From NCBI RefSeq assembly GCF_001194135.2, contig NC_069003.1, forward strand, positions 31,510,109 to 31,574,108: DNA of 64,000 bases, given 5' to 3'. Both the position numbers and the translations under genes were made by a program. This document shows, one piece after another, positions 11,823-25,439 of this stretch (position 1 is the stretch's first letter; each line of letters begins with the position of its first letter). The notes under the pieces were generated by a model. The model was not told where the DNA came from, did not search any database, and saw only the letters and a program-made list of their open reading frames with translations. The stretch comes from Octopus bimaculoides. Its lineage: Eukaryota.

Positions 11823-13260
11823 TTAAATAAATACCTTTGATGTGTCTGAATTGCCAACTGTTGTGAGATCTTGACTGGTGGAATATTTTAAATGAAGGCT
11901 ACGTGGAATATCAAAATTGTCCATTTCAAGTCCATCGTCATCATCACCAATGTCCAGATCGATATCATTGAGAGAGGAAATTGTATAAAATGTTCGACGT
12001 GGTGGTGTTTTTTTACTAATTGGAGAGATGACCCGACTGGTCAGGATCTCCGATGCAATGGAACACGCGTTAAGTCCAGTTCCGGACGTGGAGAAACAAC
12101 TATTATCTGATTTACCAAAAGAAAATTCACTGTTTTTACCTAGATGTGGGAGCGATGCCAACGTATGTCTTCGCCTTTTATTGTGGGTAACTGGTTTGGG
12201 GTTCGAATCCATGGACCAGTCAAAGTCCAAGCTTCGACGGGGTGAGGGCACATTATCACAGCTTTTACCCACAAGCTGTCCACCAACTAGTTCATCCCAT
12301 TCGTAAGAGTCTTGTTGCGATGGAGAGTCATCAGAATTGCTTTTTATTAGCCGAGATTTATTAAAAGTCCCACTAAAACTGTCTACAGGTATACCATTTT
12401 CCGGTATTGGCGCTAAAGGCATTGCTTTCATATTGGAACGACGTAAGCCGCTTGAATTTGGACGTCTTTGAAAATAGATGTCGGCCATTTCTTCAGAGAT
12501 CTCAGGAGACGATTCATTGGCACTTTCATCACTACAAGAATGGATCGAGCTCAGATCTTGGATACGCTCTGATGAACGCTGCAGCTCAGCATCTGAGTGA
12601 GAAGGTGAAGTATTGGGAGACACGTTTGGTATTGGAGAAGGCATTCCATCTTCTTCAGTGCTATTTGCCTTTTTCACTTTGCTGGTACTGATTGGACTGG
12701 ATCCATCGACACTATCGACATCATCATGACCAGAAAGGTCAACTTTACCCTGTTTTGCAATGGCTTTTGCTGGACTTTTTGGTTCCAACTGAAACTCAGG
12801 ATCGAGATGGAGCATAGTTTCACTGTTTGGTGCATTCTTTGTTTCAGACTCTAGCTGAGCTAAAAGCTTCTCTTCAGTTTCTGTATTGATGTCGGTCACC
12901 AAATCGCTATCATTAAAGGTCAAGAGGTGACGGCTAGCCAATGGAATGGTCAGACCATTTTCTAATGGAACTTCGATGGGAATATTAAGAGCTACATCTC
13001 CTGTGTTACCGTTTGCTACAGGAGCTTCAGTCTCAGCTACAAACAATTCCAGAGCATCTGTCGCTATCTCCATGGATTCTGGGGCAATTCCATGACTTGG
13101 GCTTTCGATTTCAACTGGACTCAGAATATTCCATTTACTTTCAAAATCTGATTCTTCCATGTTCTTCAAAGAGATCTCCAGATCCAACAGATGACCATGT
13201 AATTCCTCAATTGTAGGACGCTGTTCTGGTTTCTGCCAACACATTTTCATCAGTTCGTAT
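11823..13260 (-). CDS. AATK: Coding exon 10: [16 protein letters not shown]...long disordered tail...DTSK(VFI*)
   Basis: ttttattcag|A acceptor; matches the 485-aa ORF in the track. Ends either at TAA 11823 or at a possible donor AAG|gtattt (exon end 11835). Confidence 0.93.
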
Positions 13261-16200
13261 CTGAATAAAACAAAAGACAAAAATTAAAGAGGAGTCAAAG
13301 AATTTCTCAAATTCTAAATAAAACGAATATTGTTAAAACTATATACAAACCAAGATGGTAGCATCTACATGGGTGATCAGCCTGCTAGAAATAGCAGCTA
13401 AATCCCTTGCACTTTAATCCTGTTACAATGACTCCTTATCTCTTTTTGACTTTGTGGTGTACTGGAGGTCAAACAAAAGAATGACTAGTGCAGTCTGCAG
13501 AGTAATTACTGGTACACATCAGTTTTAACTCTTTTAGCATTCAATGGGACTGAACTCAGAACCATGTGGTTGGGAAGGAAACTTTTTACCACATAGCCAT
13601 GCCTACAACAGAATGATCACAACTGGAAATTCTTTGATCAATAGTCAGCTGGATCAGGGACGACTTAGGGTTAAACAACAACATCAAAAACATTAGACAA
13701 TTTAGTATTAAATACTCAATACTCAAGAGAAGGATGAGATGGCCATGGCTGGAATGTTATTTGATCATTGATCTCCTGGATCAGAGTTGACATGGAGTAA
13801 AACAACAAGCATAGAATTTTACAGAGTATAGTCAGTGTTACGTAGAACTTACATGTTGATCTTCTGGTGCTCAGGATAATTTGGAACTGGCAGAACTTCT
13901 GTCTTCTTTAGAACAACACAGTCCAAGACTTGTTCATCGGTCAACCAATGATAGGGCTGTCGGCCAAACTGTATCAATTCCCACATGCTCACACCATAAG
14001 ACCTGGGAGTTATGAAAATAAAAAATGAAAATGATAAAAGTGTGAGAGGCTAAATCTGGCCAGTTTGAACATAAAATGTGTAGAACATCTGGGCTGGACA
14101 TGGTTGGTTTAAGTGCTAAAGGGTTAAATGTACCAGTTCTTTTGATTTTAGAAGGAAAACAAGAAGATTCTGTAAAAGACTTGAATTGAGATGCTTACCA
14201 AATATTGGCCTGAGGTGTAAAAGCCTTTGTACGCCAAACTCCTTTTTGTAAAGTAAGCGTCTCAGGAGCCATCCACCGGACTGGCAACAGGTCACACCCT
14301 GTATCATAATAATCCTCCTACAATAGACATTTTAGATATATTTATACAATTGTTGCTGAAATGATGTATAAAGAATTAAACCAGACATATACAGACCTGG
14401 TCTATTAACAACATACAAAAAATTTAACAACACATAGATAGATGTGAGTGTAGGTATGGTTGTGTGGTTAAGAAGGTTGCTTTGCAGCCATATGGGTTTT
14501 GGGTTCAGTCCCACTGTACAGCACTTGAGGCAAGTGTCTTTTGTTATATGTAACCCCAGGCCAGCAATTTATGAGGGAATTGGTTCATGGAAACTGATCA
14601 TGTGTGAACATACATATATATAAATATATCTTTTATTTTATTTTTTTTTTTTACTTGTTTTAGTCACTAGACTGCAGCCATGCTGGGGTAGCACCTTGAA
14701 AACTTTTTGGTTGAATAAATTAACCCCAGTACTTATTTTTTTCGAGCCTGGTAATTATTCTATCAGTCAGTCTCTTTTGCTGAACCACTAAGTTACGGGG
14801 GACATAAACACACCAACACCAGTTATCAAGCAATGGAGGGAGGGACAAATGCACACACACACACACACACATGTATGTATATAATGTGCTTCTTTCAGTT
14901 TCTTTCTACCAAATCCACTCACAAGGATTTGGTCAGCCCAAAGATATAGTAGAATACACTTGCCAAAGATAATAAATAAAAAGGAAGGGGTGGTCAGAAT
15001 TGGAACACATTTGATCATATGTCTGCTCAAACAGGACTGACCTGGGGTTAAACAACATCTCATCAGCCAAAGAAGCCCTGCAAAATTTATAAGAATCATC
15101 CTTGTTACTTGGAGTATATATCTCCCGCCTTTGCTGATGTGGCAACGGTTACAAGGATGAGCCCCACTGACTCACCTCCACCATTAATCAAACTAATGAG
15201 AGGAAGCCTCTTCGTTGCTAAAAATAACAGTCTAAATTTTCCTAAAGAAATTGGAAGGACACATTGGATAATTTAGTCATAAATGCATACATTGTTTGAT
15301 AGAAGAGGAGCAAAATGATTGATGGTTATGACTGAAAAACCATTTGATTATAGATCTATTGAATGAGGACTGACCAGGAGTTATGAAATAACATCAACAC
15401 CATTCCTACCTCGAGTCAATCAGGGAACTTCTTTGAGGCCAGTCACCTGTTAGAAATAACAGTCAAATCTCTCTCAAATCATGCCCTGCTGTTTACAAAA
15501 AATACATGTTGAATAATGTGGTCTTGTGTTCCTCTGCACACAATAAAAAGTTGGAATGGTCACAGTTGGAATGTATTTGATAAGGGCTATCCATTCCCTT
15601 GTAATTATGTGCCGAAAAATAAACTTCTACATCCATCATGTGACAGTAGAAAGCTATATTATTATGAGTTAAATATACCCTTTGATGAGCATTGGTGACC
15701 TTACAAGTCAACAAATGGTGACCCCCACTATAACAATGACCTGTTTGGTATGTTGACCTACATTCAAATGTTTGCAGTGTAAAAGGCGTAGGAGTGGCTG
15801 TGTGGTAAGAAGCTTGCTTCCCAACCACATGGTTCCGGGTTCAGTCCCACTGCGTGGCACTTTGGGCAAGTCTCTTCTACTATAGCCTCGGGCCGACCAA
15901 AGCCTTGTGAGTGGATTTGGTAGACGGAAACTGAAAGAAGCCCGTTGTATATATGCATATATATATATGTATGTGTTTGTGTGTCTGCGTTTGTTCCCCC
16001 CAACATTGCTTAACAACCGATGCTGGTGTGTTTACGTCCCCGTAACTTAGCGGTTCGGCAAAAGAGACCGATAGAATAAGTTCTAGGCTTCCAAAGAATA
16101 AGTCCTGGGGTCGATTTGCTCGACTAAAGGCGGTGCTCCAGCATGGCCACAGTCAAATGACTGAAACAAGTAAAAGAAATCTTTTTTTTATTGTTTGATA

Positions 16201-16610
16201 TTTTTATTTATATAGGACATAAAACATGAGATACTTTATGTGTGTGTATGCATGCATGTGTGCATGAGTGCATGCATATGTGCAGTAGTGGTGGCAGAGG
16301 GGGGAATGGAAAGCTATGTTGTGCATAATTTTGCCCAATGGGAATGAAGTGAAATGGTGACAACTAGGACGTTAATCCTTTAGCATTCAGGTTACACTGT
16401 CAAATGTAAAGCTCATTTATTTAGTAACATTGTTTTCGGTTAATCATGCGTTATCTCATAGCTTCAAGATCTCAATGATGTGATTGTTTATTTTTAGACT
16501 GATACTGTTTGGGTAGGTGTGAGAGGCAAGATCTGGCCAGTTTGAACAAAACAGGTAGAATATTTTGGCTGAATATGGCCAGTTTAAATGCTAAAGGGTT
16601 AAACCAGATT

Positions 16611-16649
<39 letters not shown>

Positions 16650-19244
16650 CTTATTCATAAATATATATAAAATACTGACCTTATACAAATCCTCAGCCAG
16701 GCCATAATCACCAACTTTTACAGACAGATCATTGGTCACCAAACAATTACGCAAAGCAAGATCACTACAAGTAAAATAAATGTGGAAAAGGAAAATGTAT
16801 TTTAAAAACAATTTCTTTTAAAGTTAGACATAAATACTTACGTGTTAAGGTCATCTCTGCAGATTTTCTGTGGAAATGATAGCCAACACTGATTTTGTTA
16901 GGATGTTTTGTATCCGAGATGCCAGATATAAACAAACAATGAGATCAAAGATGAAAAAGTGGGTAATGGGCGTATAAGCCATATTTCTGGAGTTTTTACT
17001 CCTTCATCAGCACTTACCCCAACCCATTAACCATTCACAAGTACCTTGACCTAATATGCTGCAAATCCTTTATTTTGGTTCTGTAAAAAGGGGAGGGCCT
17101 TTTTTCCCCCACTCCTTTTGCCGATCCAAAATAAGTGATTTGCAGCATATTAGGAGGTCAGGATATTTGATTCCACGCCCAAAAAAAATTCGAGTTTTTT
17201 TTTNNNNNNNNNNAAAAAAAAATTAGCAAAAAATCTAACAATGAACGTAGTTGAGACCCTGAAGACAATGATTAGATCCTGTACACACTTACCAATGAAC
17301 ATAGTTGTGACGATGAAGACAAGCCAAACCACAGGCAACATCGACAGCAAAATGTAACAAGAGTTTCCTCTCTTTATGCATTGGTAATTTATTTTCCTGT
17401 TCGATGAGGTAACTCTTCAGATCGCCCTATAATATAGAGAGAAAAAGTTAAATTCACACAGATCAACACATATAATAAAGTTCATAAGTTTCTATGCCAC
17501 GGGAGGTGAAATCATTAATGTTTTTAGTAAAGCCCTTCACCAAAATCTACGTACGCAAGCGTGCATGTACGCATGTGTGTTGGCGTGTTCTATATACATC
17601 ATAGACACACACATACATACATATATATCACTGGGTAATCTTAGGTATGTACCGAAAGATCACCATATCACTGTATTGTTTTACTGACCAGACTATCTTA
17701 TGTTGTTACACACCGCTCAGCTGGTTAAGTGGGCAGGCGAACGTTCCCCCTGAATGGGACGCCAGTCCGTTGCAGAGTGACCCATTTACAGTTGAGTGGA
17801 CTGTGGCGACTTGAAATTAATTGTTTTGCTGAAGAACACACGGTAAAGTAAAAATCTACCGAACACACAATACCGTTAGTCTGAGGATCAAACCACTACA
17901 CCACGCTCTACATACATATAATGTAATAAAAACTAGAATCCAATGAACATAGCGGTGATCTATGTGAGTACAAATTCTTTAATCGAGTTTGTAAATATGA
18001 ATAAGCTTGTATGCTGTGGGAGACAAAGATCTTGAGGTTTCGTGGGTGAAAGAAAATTTCCCCAACTATAAAGAGATAAGTTTCAGGTTGAACGGGAGAG
18101 TTGCTTCCCTTGATTTTCAATATTTGCTTGACAGATAGATTCAATGTTTTTCTTATTTATTTTAATCCTTTTCAAAGTTATTTGAATTAATATAAAAAAT
18201 ATTTCTATCGTAGTATTTTATAAGATCTTCTATTGCTCTGTTCTTTCTATACAACATATATTTATAGCGTTTGCAATTTTGAACAGATTTTATTTTTTGA
18301 ATAGATTTTATCTTTTTTTTCAGACTTATAATGCAGGTGTACCAAATAAGTAAAAAAAAAATTTTTTTTAATTATCAAACCCAATAGTCCTTCAGACTGA
18401 TTTGTAACAAAAACACTCCTTAGTAATTACTGCTTTTAATTATGACTTAGAAGTGAAAGGGGCAACACCTATGCTCCTTTGTTGAAGTTACAAAATTAAT
18501 TGGAAACGATTACTCTCATAGTTGAAAAATATTGGGAATGTGTATTATATATAATGCATGAAGCCGGAGAAATATAAGTTGGGCATCACATGTAGTTTAC
18601 AGGACAGGCAAAGGATTAATCCCTCATTCAGTTTAACATCACTCTTAGTACCATGAGCAGAGTCAGCTCGATTGTAAAGTATTTGGACAAGTCTCTGGCT
18701 TGTGTGTGTGTATGCTCACATGTGCGCGCATGTATATACACAGTCGCCATATTTAATTCCATAACGGCTATCTCTGCCGAGCGCAGGGTTACATAATCAG
18801 ACTGTTATCTAACACTCTGTTGAACCCTGCGTGAAACCGATTGATAAGATCGGCTGTAATGGATATATAATACTTTGGTTAATATATATGTATATATATG
18901 TAGGTAGACAGATAGATAGATAGACAGGCAGATAGATAGCAATATGTTATTTTTATATATACATAAAATACATATATATAATTTGAATAAGGTGACAACA
19001 AATGAATTTAGTGCATCTCATAAGAAAACCTATTCATCACAGCAAAAAAAGGGATTTCCTAAAACCACTTAGTATGCTTGAACATGCAGAGAGGGGCCCC
19101 TTCTCCATCAAGCATCGAAATTGCACCAAACTAAATGTAAACTTTATCAGTTGGTCTCTTATTCAACATGGATATGAAATGTGGAGTGTTGCAAGTTAAC
19201 ATCGATAAACAATATTGAAACCCAACCATGACTTTATGGACACA

Positions 19245-19284
<40 letters not shown>

Positions 19285-20188
19285 CTAATAAATAATGTTA
19301 ATTATAAATCATAAGAAAAAATCAAACAACTGATTGGATATACAAACCAGTGGGAAATATTCAAAGAGTATGAGGAACGGGATAGCTTCAGTACACATTC
19401 CAAGTAGTCGGAGTACGTTAGGATGATCTAATATCCTGTGGAATTAGAAAGGAAGAGACAGTACATTACAAATGAAAATATATATTTGTGTTTGTATAAA
19501 TGCGGGTGCATCTGTATGTAACTAACTGGTACCCTGTTGGTTACAATGACGAGAGTACCAGTTGATTTGGTTAATGGAACAGCCTGCTTGTGAAGTTAAC
19601 GTGCAAGTGGCTGAGTACTCCACAGTCAGATGTACCATTAACGTAATTCTCAGGGAGATTCAGCATGACATAGAGTGTGACAAGGCTGGCCCCTTTGAAC
19701 TAGAAGTGCGACTCATTTTTGCTAGCTGAGTGGACTGGAATGATGTGCCACCAAGAATCAAATTCACAACCTCACAATCATGAGCTAAAGATGCTAACCA
19801 CTAAACCATATGTCTTCACTGCATCTGAATGTATGCATACACACACACACACACATGTTTGAGTGCACAATGAAAAATGAAGCACTCAATACAAACAAGT
19901 AGCATATAATACGCATATAATCCTTTTTTCTCTCCTTTTTTTTCTCTGCTTGTTTCTCTCCTTTCTTTCTGTGGTTCTTTCTGTGGAAGAGCGTAGGCTC
20001 GAAACGTTAAAGACTTTCTCAATTCCCGTACGTTATACTAATACATCTATTTGTTTTCTACACCACCTGTCTTCGTCTGTTGTTTTTTTGTGAATTCTCC
20101 NNNNNNNNNNCAGTCCTCAGTCAAGTCGTCCAACCCATGCTAGCATGGAAAGCGGACGTTAAACGATGATGATGATGATGATGATGAT

Positions 20189-20230
<42 letters not shown>

Positions 20231-21221
20231 GCGGGACCCGTGAATATTTCACAGAATTAATGGTAAACTTATTGGGTTATTTCTGAAACTTTTTATCCAT
20301 TATATATTCTGAAGCATGTGTCTATTGAGTTCTAAGAACAGGTTATTAGTATAGTTATACTGAAACTTACCGGTAACCAGCAACTTCTTGGAGGAACTTC
20401 TGCATTTCAAGAGCGCTTGCATCATCTCGAAGTACTTGAACAACAACATTACTTTGTCTAACTCCAACCAAAACATTATCAGCAATTCCTTGGACAACCT
20501 TTGCAAAATGAAAAAGAGTTTACAGATTAACAATGTTTAAAACAACTTAGCCAATATTAGCAATAAAACAGAGAAAGATCATCATTATCATTATTATTAT
20601 AATCATTATCATTAATACAGGAAGTTGGCTGAATCATTAACATGCCAGACTAAATAATTAGTAGCATTTCAACTGTCTTTATGCTCTGAGTTCAAATTCT
20701 CCCAAAGTCAACTTTGCCTTTCATCCTTTTAGGGATCAACAAAATAAGTATCAGTCGATCACTGGGGTCAATGTAATCGACTAGTCCCCTCCCCAAATAT
20801 ATTAGGTCTTGTTCCTATTGTAGAAAGAATTACTAATATTATTAAGGTGACAAGCTAGCAGAATCGTTAGCACACCTGGTGTATTTTGACCATCGCTACG
20901 TTCTGACTTCAAATACCGCCAAGGTTAACTTTGCCTTTCATCCTTTCAGGGTCAATAAATTAATTTATTATTATTATTATTATTATTTATAAGGCGGTGA
21001 GCTGGCAGAATCATTAGCATGCCAGGCAAAATGCTTAGCAGTATTTCATCTGTCTTTACGTTCTGAGTTCAAATTCCGCCAAGGTCGCCTTTGCCTTTCA
21101 TCCTTTCAGAGTCGATAAATTAAATTCCAGTTGCGTACTGGTGTCGATCTAATTGACTGGCCTCCTCCCCAAAAATTTTGGGCCCTGTGCCTAGAGTAGA
21201 AAAGATTATTATTGTTATTTA

Positions 21222-21255
<34 letters not shown>

Positions 21256-21624
21256 GGTAGCAGGCTGGTGTAAATCATTAGGGAACTGGAAAAATACTTT
21301 CCGGCTTTTCTTCTTGCTCTTTAGAATCTGAGTTTAAAGTTATTTCTGTAAATTGTCCTTATTTCTAATGAAAGAAGTTAATATTTTGGTATTAAGATGA
21401 TGGGGCATAGTTTGAAGGAGTTATGGCTGCCATTTCTAGGTAGTTGAGTGAGTATGTAGGGGCTCCCTTGCTGGCTTGTAGTGGCCATGGCTGCAGTTTA
21501 TGTTGTTGTTTATCTCCAGGTCAAACCTGATTTAACAGACCTATTGTTGTTGATGTCATTCAGCCTTGGGTTAGCCCCATAATCACAAAGCCACTCACTG
21601 AATTAATTACATGTGTGTGTGTGT

Positions 21625-21655
<31 letters not shown>

Positions 21656-21993
21656 TGCTATTTCTAGCAGGTCAAGTAGCTAGTACTTTGATTAGAGTCT
21701 CCTTCAGGTTAATTGTTTCGAATGAATCTAAACCGAATGACATTTTTGAATTCACAAAATCATTGAAATGATGGCAGGTCATGACTCGTGTTCAGAAGAT
21801 GAGTCATAACAGGTGAATAAGAAAACTGACAGACTTGATCTTAAGAGACTGAGACGCAGAGGCCAACAGTGAGAAAGATGGGAAGATGAATTAGATAGAC
21901 CTGACGAAAATCAGCAGCTGAGTACCCAAAGGTGAAAGTTTTATTGAGAGATAAAAGTGTTCCCCTTTATCTTTTCATAACTTTCAGCTTTAT

Positions 21994-22052
<59 letters not shown>

Positions 22053-22062
22053 NNNNNNNNNN

Positions 22063-22094
<32 letters not shown>

Positions 22095-23121
22095 AAGAGA
22101 GAGCAATGATTAGTTGATTCACTGATAAAAATAATATCAGCAATACAACAATGAAGCATTATAAAAAAAATATATATATAGTGACCTTGATTGACAAACA
22201 ATTACAGAGTTTAATTGCCAGTTATTGAAGATGGCACGTAGTAAAACAGAGGAAATTTATGAGAACAATTGAAGAGATAAAGTCACAAAATGAGTTATGA
22301 ATTTGTGTGAGAGGTGGGTATAAACAGTTATTACAGACATAGTTTTATCTTAGTTTTGAGGTTACCTTTAAACAGATTCTAATCTATACGATAGGTCATT
22401 TTGACCTTCAGGTACCTGACAGGTGGTCTGATGTTCAAGCAATTTTGTGGTTGATAAAAATGAACATAAACACACCATTTTATTACATACTTACAAAGGA
22501 CAGAAATTTTAAAGAAATTTTTGTTCCCAGGTCTACACGAACCCATAGTAATCATACCTGTCAAGGTCCCAACTATGGGTATTTAATTAGTATATTATGG
22601 CTTGCCTGCCTATGCAAGTAAAGAATGGATCTGGCAGACTCTGCGGAAGAAACCTTCATGGTTCAATGGAGGGGAAGGTAGCTACAGCAGAGAGCAAGAT
22701 GAGGCAAATAAGACATTTTGGTCATCTCTTGCATCCATCTCCATCTCCAGTTGTCTTGACCTGATCTTTCTACCGGATTAAAGTTGGTCAGAGATGAGAG
22801 AGTCGGGTTTACAGTACATGACTATTCTTCACTTTAACTCTTTAGCATTCAGATTATTCTATCAAATATAATGCTTATGGTTTGAATTAATTATGCATTA
22901 TCTCATAGTTTTGAGATTTCAACGATGTCATTGTATATTTTTAGACTGACATTGTATGGTAAGTGTGAGAGGCCGAATCTGGCCAATTTGGACATAAAAT
23001 GTGTAGAATATTTGGCTTGGATATGACTGGTTTAAATTCCAAAGGGTTAAAGAAAGTCAGTGAGTAAGTTATCAGTCATCCTTAAGGATGGCTATATGGC
23101 CCTTGTCACTTCAATGGAAGA

Positions 23122-23156
<35 letters not shown>

Positions 23157-25397
23157 TATAGAGATGTAATGTATATATACTAGTTCTTTTACTTCCTTAC
23201 CTTATTAATTTGAAAGAGAGAGAGGGGGGAGGGAGAGAGAGATAGTGTTTACAGACTCTGTAATCTATCTCAGGTTAGTGGTGGAGAAGCAAGCTCACTA
23301 CAGTTCATATCCAGCTTAAACTTGTACAGATCAATCTCTGGAAAGATCAACCTCAGTAATCGGAAAATGGACCTCTGTAAGATTAAAAAAAAAAAGAACA
23401 ACAGAAAAGAGTATATATATTTACTTACCTGGCCAAACCAGCCCATCCCCATCTCAGAGAGATAGGTGAGTTGTTTACGAGGGAATGCTTGTTGGAAGGC
23501 TGCAACGAGACAGAGAACAGAGATGAGAACAAAATAATTGTATAAATAAAGAATTAAAAAAGGGTTTGTTTTTTTTCCTTCAAAAGGAACAGATAAGCAG
23601 ACTGCATGCTGCTGATAAATTAAATTTGTCATGTGAAGAACAAGACTAAAACCAAAGTATAGTATCTGTTTTTTTATCAGCTTATTATCTGATAAAGACC
23701 CATATTCAACGATATCAGATAGCAAGCTTATTTTAGAACAAGGTGGAGACTTAGGAACTACTCCATCTCTACTATGAGGAGGCCTAGTATTACATTGCAG
23801 TACTTCAAGAATTCAGCCTTTTCCACCCAAGGAATAAGAATTATTATTATCTGCCCTTGACACTTTTTTTTTTTATTTTTTTTTATTTTGTTATATTCTG
23901 TCCTTTTTAAGTCCTTGCAGTCAGTAAAAGAAATTATTGTAAACTGTGGTGGATAGTGTATGGACGAGATACCTTACCATACTTAACTGTGTCCTGTTAT
24001 GTCCTTATATTCATACAGGGAGTTTAATTCATCGATTATGGTTGTATGCTCCACCCTCTATACATCTGTCTTCCTTTGCCGAAATTAGAAATTATTATTT
24101 TAGCAGTATCACTTGAGTGTTGAACAAACAAAATACATTGTAATGTTTGTTCTAGCTCTTTATGATCTGAGTTCAAATCCAGCCTGGTTCAACTTTGTTT
24201 TCCATACTTCTGGGACCAAAAAAATAAGTATTGGCTAAGTCCTGGGTGGGACTGATATAATCAACTTTTCCCTCCTCATCAAATTTCTAGCCTTGTGCCT
24301 ATGTAAGAAATCATTTCCATGGGTAGTGGATTGGAATAATTATTAAAGCAGCAGACGAAATGCCTTGTGATATTTGTTCTGGATCTTTGCATTCTGAGTT
24401 CAAATCCCATTGAAGTTGACTTTGTCTTTCATCCTTCTGGGACTGATAAAAATTAAAATATTGTAAAAATAATTATCAATATAATTGACTGTATCCCAAT
24501 TCTCCAATTTCTGGTTACGATTTCTTTCCTCCTCCTCCTACACTAGTCTTAGTGATCTAACAGCAGTCTTAGACACAGACCTTTCCTAGTCTGATAAAAC
24601 AATTTTTGGGGGACTAAAATAAGTAATATTCCATAAAGTGTAAACTTACAGACAATTCTTGAGTTGGGTTCATTGTTGTCAGTGGCAATACAAGTGATTC
24701 TTGGTCTCAGGGCTGTGGTAGCAGGTATTGCTTTTGATAAAATGTCAGGTAACGGCTCAAAATTCACCAACGATGTATTGTCCACTTCGGGGCCAACACA
24801 ACCTTCCAAAGGACGTTCTCTTGGATTTTCTGCATCCTCTTCAAAACTCTGGAGGAAGAAAAGACAAAAAAAATTAGTACATTTATTAGTTTCAGTCATT
24901 GTCATGTGATCTGTGATAATGTATCATAATTTTACTGACCCCAGTACTTGTTCTGATCTGATACTTATTTTATTAAACCCTATTTATCAAACTGCTATGT
25001 TACAGGCTATGTGAAGGCACATGGCTCAGTGGTTAGAGTGTCAAGCTTACGATCGCGAGGTTGTGCGTTTGAATCCTGGACCGGGCTGTGTATTGTGTTC
25101 TTGAGCAAGACTCTTTATTTCACGTTGCTCCAGATCACTCAGCTGTAGAAATGAGTTGCGACGTCACTGGTGCCAAGCTGTATCGGCCCCTTTGCCTTTC
25201 CTTTGGATAACCTCGGTGGTGTGGAGAGGGGAGGCCGATATGCATGGGCGACAGCTGGTCTTCCATAAAACAACCTTGCCCGGGACTTGTGCCTGGGAGG
25301 GTAACTTTCTGGGTGCAATCCCATGGTCAGTCATGACCGAAGGGGGTCTCAGCATGTTACAAGGCATATATCACACCACACACACACACCACACACA

Positions 25398-25439
<42 letters not shown>

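Noticed and set aside
11892-13216. Plus-strand ORFs overlapping exon 10
   Set aside because: Antisense shadows of a real coding exon.
16841-17060. Extra gtaagt donors inside the intron between exons 6 and 7 (possible cassette exon)
   Set aside because: The best candidate is 41 nt (frameshifting) with no homology; cannot be supported without RNA data.
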